A DNA stretch of 7,841 nucleotides from a virus (lineage: Duplodnaviria; Heunggongvirae; Uroviricota; Caudoviricetes), in IMG/VR virus record IMGVR_UViG_2534681763_000020. One strand, written 5' to 3'. Below the pieces are notes generated by a model. It made no database searches. It worked only from the letters and a program-made list of their open reading frames with translations, and had not been told where the DNA came from. Each line of letters starts with the position of its first letter. The stretch's first letter is position 1. A program made the translations under genes and the position numbers. Positions 1 to 4,762 of the stretch are shown here, piece after piece.

Positions 1-28
1 TTACTTGATAAAACTCCGTAAAGCTCAT
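1..28 (-). CDS. 5' end of an unidentified gene starting at 28 and running off the left window edge (only ~9 codons visible: MSFTEFYQV...)
   Basis: ATG at 28-26 on the minus strand, preceded by purine-rich AGAGAGGG (complement of 31-38). Frame stays open to the window edge. Too short to identify. Confidence 0.2.
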
Positions 29-97
29 GCCCTCTCTGGTTTGGTTATCATTCATCAAGCCAGAGAAAAATTTAATAGCCCCCCCCTTTTGCGCGCA

Positions 98-116
98 GTG
101 CTTTCCCCGCCTCGCC
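98..116. other. cos: P2/P4-type cos site, 19-nt cohesive-end sequence
   Basis: 98-116 reads GTGCTTTCCCCGCCTCGCC, the reverse complement of GGCGAGGCGGGGAAAGCAC, which I recall as the cohesive end shared by P2, 186 and P4. Flanked by GC-rich dyads at 115-138 and 166-185 (CCGCGCC-GGGAAT-GGCGCGG). Confidence 0.7.
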
Positions 117-219
117 CGCCCGCTTTGCGGGGCGGTTTTAATGCAGTTGCACTGACACGCTCAGGCCGCGCCGGGAATGGCGCGGTCTGCAGAAAATGAG
201 GCAGGAAAACGCATGCAAA

Positions 220-250
220 GCCATGCACCTTATCGATGCATGGCTTTTTT
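220..250. terminator. Hairpin plus T-tract between cos and the 3' end of psu (candidate intrinsic terminator, stronger in the plus orientation)
   Basis: Stem GCCATGCA (220-227) / TGCATGGC (237-244), 9-nt loop, then TTTTTT (245-250) on the plus strand. On the minus strand the same hairpin is followed only by UUUG and preceded by an A-run. Confidence 0.45.
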
Positions 251-280
251 CAGTAAAAACGGGCGGATTTTCGGGGAATT

Positions 281-853
281 TTACACGGACTGATGTGATG
301 CCAGTTGCGCACTTTTACGCGAAAAAATCATGTTCTGCGCAGGGGTGAATTTTTCACGGCTGTCATCCACCGAAGCCGCGTCAGGCCTGAATCCGATGGT
401 CGTTAAAATGTCGCTATCCTGTGCGGAATAATTAATTTTTTCACCCTTCGCAAGCCAGGACAGAAGGGCTTCACGCAGGGCATCTGTGGCACGCTGTATG
501 GCACAGTTTCGGGCAATGGCCGTCAGCTCACTGTAGCCCATCAGCTCCGGTGCCAGTGCCGCCGCCAGTGCTGTGCCGTGCTGCTGCATAAAATCATTCA
601 GCCGGTCGCGGATGCTGATGTGCTGAACGGCTTCATGCGAACGAATATAACGACCGGCAGCCTGATTCACCTGCCATTTTCTGACTTCGATAATATTGCG
701 TAATTCGTCCAGGCGACTGACGTTTCTGCCTTCTCCTGACAGAAGCCGCAGGTATTCCTGTTCGGCCGCTGCCAGCTCATTTTTGCGTTGCAGCCATGCT
801 GCTTTGTTATTCTGACAGGTGTCAAAGGCCTGCTGTAAGGCTGTGCTTTCCAT
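281..853 (-). CDS. psu: Psu, polarity suppression protein (Rho antagonist and capsid decoration protein), 190 aa
   Basis: 190-aa ORF, the length I recall for P4 Psu. Last gene of a three-gene minus-strand operon next to cos. ATG at 853-851. Confidence 0.88.
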   Translation of the reverse strand: MESTALQQAFDTCQNNKAAWLQRKNELAAAEQEYLRLLSGEGRNVSRLDELRNIIEVRKWQVNQAAGRYIRSHEAVQHISIRDRLNDFMQQHGTALAAALAPELMGYSELTAIARNCAIQRATDALREALLSWLAKGEKINYSAQDSDILTTIGFRPDAASVDDSREKFTPAQNMIFSRKSAQLASHQSV

Positions 854-926
854 CGTTATCTCTTTCTCATCATGCTGAAGAATAAAAATACGGTGTGCGG
901 CGACGGCCGGTGTTAACCGGCAGCCC

Positions 927-1427
927 TCATTCCAGACGCAGCGAATATGATTGTGTTTTTAACCGTACTGGCGGCAGTTCCTGTTTTTCATGCAGGCGTT
1001 CTGCCAGTTCGTCCGGTGTGACCGGGCGGACAATGAAGCGGTTGATGGTCTGAAGCGTTTTAAACACCAGACCACATCCCGGATCCGTGCACACATAAAA
1101 ACGCTCGGTGACTTCCTGAGACAGACGCCGCGATGTTCTTGACAGTGCAAGGCCTTTACATCTCCGACAACAATATCCGGTAACAAGCATTCTTTTCGGG
1201 CGCTTCATGCTGCCGGAGGCTGACGTCAGTGAATCGCGGTATCTCTGTTTGCCTGAAATGTATTCCATTCCTGAATCTTTACAGTCAGAGAAAAAGCTTT
1301 CACTCGCTTCAAATGTCGCAGAGCAATAAATATTCCGGCACTGTGCAATCATTATCTTGGTGCCATCGTCCATGAAATGTGCGCGACGGGTGTGAGCAAC
1401 ATGTCCACACGACGGGCAGTAAATCAT
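927..1427 (-). CDS. delta: Delta, late transcriptional activator (tandem duplicated Ogr-like zinc finger), 166 aa
   Basis: 166 aa. Two copies of the Ogr-type zinc-finger spacing C-x2-C-x22-C-x4-C (C4/C7/C30/C35 and C87/C90/C113/C118). The N-terminus MIYCPSCGH resembles P2 Ogr. Start ATG overlaps the sid stop (ATGA at 1427-1424). Confidence 0.9.
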   Translation of the reverse strand: MIYCPSCGHVAHTRRAHFMDDGTKIMIAQCRNIYCSATFEASESFFSDCKDSGMEYISGKQRYRDSLTSASGSMKRPKRMLVTGYCCRRCKGLALSRTSRRLSQEVTERFYVCTDPGCGLVFKTLQTINRFIVRPVTPDELAERLHEKQELPPVRLKTQSYSLRLE

Positions 1428-2158
1428 GACAGCAGTCCTCTGGCCTTAAGCTCTGCACCCTGCTGGTCTATTTTGTCCTGCCACACCTTGCGCTGTGCCG
1501 GTGTGCCTGCCACCTCATAATCCATGTGCGGGAGCGTTGCCGCTGACAGTCCGGTCAGCCGGAGAACCGGCTCGCCGGTGAGACTGATTTGCATCTGTTT
1601 AATTTTCTGTTCCAGCGATGATTTCACCTGCTGCATGACAGCCTTTTCCGGTGCGACGTAGCCCTGATGGCCGGTGGTGTTGGCGAGCGGATTTTCCTGT
1701 ACCAGAATGCTCAGATGCATTGCCCGGACAAGCGCCTCACAGGTTTCATTCAGGGCGTGTTCCAGCTCATGCTCTGCATACAGACTCAGAAGGTGATGAT
1801 GTGCCTTCCGGTAGGCGGTGGCCGTGCTGTCACACGCCCCTTTCAGGCGTTCGCGTTCAAAATTCAGCACCACGGCCAGATTGTCATATTCCTGTACCAG
1901 CTCCCGGCGTGCCACGCGCTCAATGTGGCGCTGTTTCAGCTCGTCGCTCAGGACACCACCGGCTGCACGAAAGGCCGTGCGCCAGTCGTCAGCGTCGTTT
2001 CCGTCGGCCTGCGTCAGCGCATTTTTTTCCTGCTCTGCCCGTTCAATGGCCGTGACGGTCTCATCCATCAGGCGGGCGTTCTCAAGGTGGGCGGCTCTGG
2101 CCTTTTCCAGTTGTGCCAGTGCGGGTTGCAGATATTCAGGGATGGTGTTGTCAGACAT
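1424..2158 (-). CDS. sid: Sid, capsid size determination (external scaffold) protein, 244 aa
   Basis: The track ORF (1424..2224) is 266 aa. The internal ATG at 2158-2156 (MSDNTIPEYL...) gives 244 aa, the recalled Sid length, and is preceded by GAGGAG at the proper spacing. Coiled-coil-like, Ala/Glu/Leu-rich composition. Confidence 0.85.
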   Translation of the reverse strand: MSDNTIPEYLQPALAQLEKARAAHLENARLMDETVTAIERAEQEKNALTQADGNDADDWRTAFRAAGGVLSDELKQRHIERVARRELVQEYDNLAVVLNFERERLKGACDSTATAYRKAHHHLLSLYAEHELEHALNETCEALVRAMHLSILVQENPLANTTGHQGYVAPEKAVMQQVKSSLEQKIKQMQISLTGEPVLRLTGLSAATLPHMDYEVAGTPAQRKVWQDKIDQQGAELKARGLLS

Positions 2159-2179
2159 TTTCCGGCTCCTCGTCACTTC

Positions 2180-2250
2180 AGGTTGAGAAAATTGTGACGT
2201 ACACCGGACAACAACACGACGCATTGCAGATGTGCCAGCCCTGACACAGG
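2180..2250 (-). promoter_or_regulatory. Psid: Late promoter Psid with Ogr/Delta-type activator site (TGT-N12-ACA)
   Basis: Dyad TGT-N12-ACA at 2231-2248 (TGTGCCAGCCCTGACACA), about 55 bp upstream of the predicted start near 2184, with CACAAT as a -10-like hexamer. A second TGT-N12-ACA lies at 2193-2210. The P2/P4 late-promoter consensus is established knowledge. Confidence 0.6.
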
Positions 2251-2301
2251 AGACTCATCCTCAGACCGGCAAGCCAGGAAAAGGTCGCAGGAAAAACCGG
2301 C

Positions 2302-2472
2302 TTACTGTTTGTTTTTTTATATTTTACTGTTCACCTCTGTTCACCTTAAGAAAAAAGATAAGTAATACAGTAAGTTAAAGGGTGAACAATCGCAGTAATG
2401 ACTGTTCACCGTCTGTTCACCACTGTTCACCCGTTGATGGACTTTTTGTGCTGTTTATTACTGTTTGTTTTT
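2302..2472. repeat. ori: ori-like replication origin: six type I iterons (TGTTCACC) bounded by a 15-bp perfect direct repeat and AT-rich DNA
   Basis: TGTTCACC at 2328-2335, 2338-2345, 2403-2410, 2414-2421 and 2424-2431; inverted GGTGAACA at 2381-2388. Spacing is 10-11 bp. TTACTGTTTGTTTTT occurs at 2302-2316 and 2458-2472. The same octamer recurs in the crr repeats downstream of the primase gene. Confidence 0.75.
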
Positions 2473-2584
2473 ATTAATTCGCCGGGAATGAATAAGAAAA
2501 AACGATTTGTATTTCACTATAAAAATTACGAATTGCTTTAAGTGGCTTTAAATGACTTTAAGTGGAGATGAACAAAAAATACAC

Positions 2585-2660
2585 AAGCATTGTAAGGCTG
2601 CCGGAACAAATCCCCCCTGTTGCGTCTGCTGAAAATATTCACAAAATAAAGCGCTACCCG
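2585..2660 (+). promoter_or_regulatory. PLL: Late promoter PLL with Ogr/Delta-type activator site (TGT-N12-ACA) upstream of vis
   Basis: TGTAAGGCTGCCGGAACA at 2591-2608. AATATT -10-like element near 2644-2649. Predicted start around 2655, about 55 nt before the vis ATG. Mirror arrangement to Psid across the iteron cluster. Confidence 0.55.
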
Positions 2661-2710
2661 AAGCCGGACGGACTTATCCGGTGCTGTATGGACATTAACG
2701 AGGTAGCCCG

Positions 2711-2977
2711 ATGCAAGCTGTTTTTTCTTCCCCGTCTCCCGCCCCTGTGACGCCACTGATGCCGCTGCCGGACATCACGCAGGAGCGTTTTTTACGTCTG
2801 CCGGAAGTGATGCACCTGTGCGGCCTGTCACGCTCGACCATCTATGAACTCATCCGTAAGGGGGAATTTCCGCCGCAGGTGAGTCTTGGCGGTAAAAATG
2901 TGGCCTGGCTGCACTCTGAAGTCACCGCATGGATGGCCGGGCGCATTGCCGGACGCAAACGGGGGTACGACGCATGA
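2711..2977 (+). CDS. vis: Vis, AlpA/Xis-family HTH DNA-binding regulator and excision factor, 88 aa
   Basis: 88-aa ORF with AlpA-like helix-turn-helix core ([48 protein letters not shown]). First gene after the PLL-like promoter. Stop TGA (2975-2977) overlaps the first eta ATG. Confidence 0.85.
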   Translation: MQAVFSSPSPAPVTPLMPLPDITQERFLRLPEVMHLCGLSRSTIYELIRKGEFPPQVSLGGKNVAWLHSEVTAWMAGRIAGRKRGYDA

Positions 2978-3564
2978 TGATGCCTGTTCTGCAAAAAGTC
3001 CCTTTTTCTGGCTTGCCTTTTTCCGGCATTTGCGGATATAGTTTTTCCGCTGTCGCAAAATCGGCAGCCGGGCGTGGAAACCCGAGCAATCTAACGGCGA
3101 CATATGACGCGCCATGCGTCTTTTTTTACGTCGTTGCTTCGGCACACCTGTTTGTGTGGTGTGTGGTCAGTCGAGCAGATGGCACTCCGTGCATCCTGCC
3201 CGCGTCCGCTCATTATGCCGCAGAGTCAATGGTAGCTCAGGCGGGGCAGCCTCCGGGCTGGCCGGTATCCGTTAGAGCCGGTATTTCCACCCCCGTCTGG
3301 GCTATCGCCATCGAGCGTGGAAACTCCGGCGATAGCGTAACCTGCTATCTAACGGAGGCTGCCATCATGGCTACAACCCTTACCCCCTCACACCCTGAAT
3401 TTGTCTTTGTGTTTGCGGCTGTCCGTCGCGCAGATCGTCATCCCCGTATCTGTATGCTTCGCACCGTCGCCGGTGATGAACGCAGCGCCCGCCGTTCCCT
3501 TGTCCGTGACTATGTGCTCTCCCTTGCTGCCCGTCTGCCGGTGGTGGAGGTGTCCCGTGCGTAA
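2974..3564 (+). CDS. eta: Eta: long ORF starting at a triple ATG, reading through the immunity RNA region and ending as kil (nested genes)
   Basis: ATGATGATG at 2974-2982 in the same frame as kil, continuous to the kil stop at 3564 (194-196 aa). From memory, P4 eta starts at one of three adjacent start codons upstream of PLE and contains kil as its C-terminal part. Confidence 0.5.
   Translation: MMMPVLQKVPFSGLPFSGICGYSFSAVAKSAAGRGNPSNLTATYDAPCVFFYVVASAHLFVWCVVSRADGTPCILPASAHYAAESMVAQAGQPPGWPVSVRAGISTPVWAIAIERGNSGDSVTCYLTEAAIMATTLTPSHPEFVFVFAAVRRADRHPRICMLRTVAGDERSARRSLVRDYVLSLAARLPVVEVSRA
3013..3050 (+). promoter_or_regulatory. PLE: Candidate sigma70 promoter PLE for the immunity transcript
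   Basis: TTGCCT (3013-3018), 18-bp spacer, TATAGT (3037-3042). Lies about 20 nt upstream of seqA and about 400 nt downstream of the PLL site, consistent with the recalled P4 layout. Confidence 0.4.
3072..3098 (+). promoter_or_regulatory. seqA: seqA: leader element complementary to seqB of the CI immunity RNA
   Basis: GTGGAAA (3074-3080) and TCTAACGG (3090-3097) are reverse-complementary to TTTCCAC (3284-3290) and CCGTTAGA (3269-3276). GTGGAAA may sit in a small stem-loop, CGGG-loop-CCCG. Confidence 0.55.
3240..3320 (+). ncRNA. cI: CI RNA (P4 immunity factor) containing seqB; boundaries approximate
   Basis: seqB core CCGTTAGAGCCGGTATTTCCACCC (3269-3292) pairs with both seqA and seqC. GC-rich structured region with repeats GCCGGTAT (3261-3268 and 3277-3284). 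Ends were not determined from sequence. Confidence 0.45.
3313..3358 (+). promoter_or_regulatory. seqC: seqC: second target of seqB, containing the kil Shine-Dalgarno
   Basis: GTGGAAA (3317-3323) lies in the loop of a 9-bp hairpin, GCTATCGCC (3301-3309) / GGCGATAGC (3328-3336). TCTAACGG (3348-3355) runs into GGAGG (3354-3358), the kil ribosome-binding site. Confidence 0.55.
3367..3564 (+). CDS. kil: Kil, 65-aa cell-killing (Icd-like) protein; first translated gene after the immunity leader
   Basis: 65-aa ORF ([65 protein letters not shown]). GGAGG lies 8 nt upstream of the ATG. Length equals the recalled 65 aa of P4 Kil. Confidence 0.75.
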   Translation: MATTLTPSHPEFVFVFAAVRRADRHPRICMLRTVAGDERSARRSLVRDYVLSLAARLPVVEVSRA

Positions 3565-3844
3565 TAAAAAAGCCCCTCAGACCGTCTCAGCGCGTCATGA
3601 CGCCCGTGAACACCTCAGCATTGAGGCTTACCATAAGCTCAACCGCGCCAGCGCCGTATCCCAGTTTGTTGGGGGTGATTTGATTCACCGTGAACTCTCC
3701 GGCCTGCATCAGCTCTACATTCCGCATATTTTCAGCTACCTGAATGAAGATATTGATTTTGTGCTGAATGAACTGAAAGCCAAAGGCCTGTGCCGCGATT
3801 TTCTCGCCCAGCAGAAAGACCGGGGAGACAGGACGCATGTTTGA
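3557..3844 (+). CDS. eps: Epsilon (E protein), candidate anti-repressor that derepresses helper prophage P2; 95 aa from a GTG start
   Basis: GTG at 3557 preceded by GGAGG (3547-3551) and overlapping the kil stop (GTGCGTAA). 95 codons. The 3' end overlaps the orf151 start (ATGTTTGA). Assignment is by position between kil and orf151; start codon is uncertain. Confidence 0.55.
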   Translation: MRNKKAPQTVSARHDAREHLSIEAYHKLNRASAVSQFVGGDLIHRELSGLHQLYIPHIFSYLNEDIDFVLNELKAKGLCRDFLAQQKDRGDRTHV

Positions 3845-4292
3845 TTTTCCCCAGCCCGGTGAGATTTACCGTTCTGCCGGTTTTCCCGATGTGGCCGTGG
3901 TCGGCATTCTGGAAGACGGTATTCCGTGGGAAATGCCGTACCGCTGCCCGGACATTGTCTGGAACCCGTACCGCCGTAAATTCAGTATCCTTGTGCGTAT
4001 CCTCGCTGACGGGCGCACCACAGACATCCCGCTGGGGCGTTTTCTGCGGGAATTTACCTGTGACCGTCCTGACCTGTTTAAACGCAGCCCCGTAAACCGG
4101 CATGCGGTACTGAAAGAAATGGCCGGAGACCCGGAATTACAGAAATGGCGGGAGAAATATCTGGATATTTACCCGCAGGACCCTGTTCCGGTCAGCCGGG
4201 CGGCACCGGTGGCGCGGGAATGGCGGGAAATTCCCCGCACGGAGCCTGACCCGGAAATCACCCCGGATAACAGTTACCGCAATTATCTGTAA
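3837..4292 (+). CDS. orf151-like protein, function unknown
   Basis: 151-aa ORF translationally coupled to the upstream gene. Matches the size and position of P4 orf151 in the left operon. Confidence 0.8.
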   Translation: MFDFPQPGEIYRSAGFPDVAVVGILEDGIPWEMPYRCPDIVWNPYRRKFSILVRILADGRTTDIPLGRFLREFTCDRPDLFKRSPVNRHAVLKEMAGDPELQKWREKYLDIYPQDPVPVSRAAPVAREWREIPRTEPDPEITPDNSYRNYL

Positions 4293-4365
4293 TTAAAAAA
4301 CGACACCCGAAAAATTAAATGTGCGTATTCGCGCAGGGATACGCACGTCTTCAGGAGACGCAGAT

Positions 4366-4431
4366 ATGCCTTATCAGTTAATGCAACCGGCACGGAATGC
4401 AGTCATCTGTCACAGGGAGGAAAACAAATGA
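4366..4431 (+). CDS. Candidate 21-codon upstream ORF coupled to cnr
   Basis: AGGAG (4353-4357) sits 8 nt before the ATG at 4366 ([21 protein letters not shown]). Its stop TGA (4429-4431) overlaps the cnr ATG (AAATGA). Follows an 8-bp-stem hairpin at 4321-4346. Confidence 0.25.
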
Positions 4432-4748
4432 AAACACCCTTACCGCCCGTCTTACGCGCTGCCCTTTACCGTCGCGCTGTCGCCTGTGCCTGGCTGACCG
4501 TGTGCGAACGTCAGCACCGCTACCCGCATCTCACCCTTGAGTCACTGGAGGCGGCCATCGCCGCTGAGCTGGAAGGCTTTTATCTGCGCCAGCACGGTGA
4601 GGAAAAAGGGCGTCAGATAGCCTGTGCCCTGCTGGAAGATTTAATGGAATCCGGCCCCCTGAAGGCTGCGCCGTCGCTGTCCTTTCTCGGGCTGGTTGTG
4701 ATGGATGAACTCTGTGCCCGTCACATAAAAGCGCCGGTACTGCACTGA
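4428..4748 (+). CDS. cnr: Cnr-like protein (copy number regulation of the plasmid state, acts on alpha), 106 aa
   Basis: 106-aa ORF immediately upstream of the primase gene, with GGGAGG ribosome-binding site. Assignment by position and size in the P4 left operon. Confidence 0.7.
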
Positions 4749-4762
4749 AGGAGAACAACACC

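Noticed and set aside
5-199. 64-aa plus-strand ORF at the left end
   Set aside because: Starts at a non-ATG codon and reads straight across the cos sequence and GC-rich dyads; no ribosome-binding site. Fortuitous frame in GC-rich DNA.
959-1186. 75-aa minus-strand ORF inside delta in another frame
   Set aside because: Completely contained within delta, which has the conserved zinc-finger signature.
1651-2197. Three overlapping plus-strand ORFs (134, 176, 122 aa) antisense to sid
   Set aside because: All lie inside the well-supported sid gene on the opposite strand. Arg/Pro/Cys-rich low-complexity translations typical of antisense frames.
2538-2756. 72-aa minus and 62-aa plus ORFs over the PLL promoter region
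   Set aside because: They cover the tandem repeats, the activator dyad and the vis start. No ribosome-binding sites. This region is better explained as regulatory DNA.
2828-3145. 105-aa minus-strand ORF antisense to vis and PLE
   Set aside because: Antisense to a strongly supported AlpA-like gene. Very basic, low-complexity translation (RRKKRR).
3104-3238. 44-codon plus-strand ORF (MTRHASFF...) in the immunity leader, considered as kil
   Set aside because: No Shine-Dalgarno, and it lies between seqA and seqB where the transcript is expected to be untranslated. The 65-aa ORF at 3367 with GGAGG fits kil better.
3587-4103. Track ORFs 3587..3838 (-), 3732..4103 (-), 3790..4095 (+) overlapping eps and orf151
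   Set aside because: Alternative or antisense frames inside two translationally coupled genes; no independent start signals.
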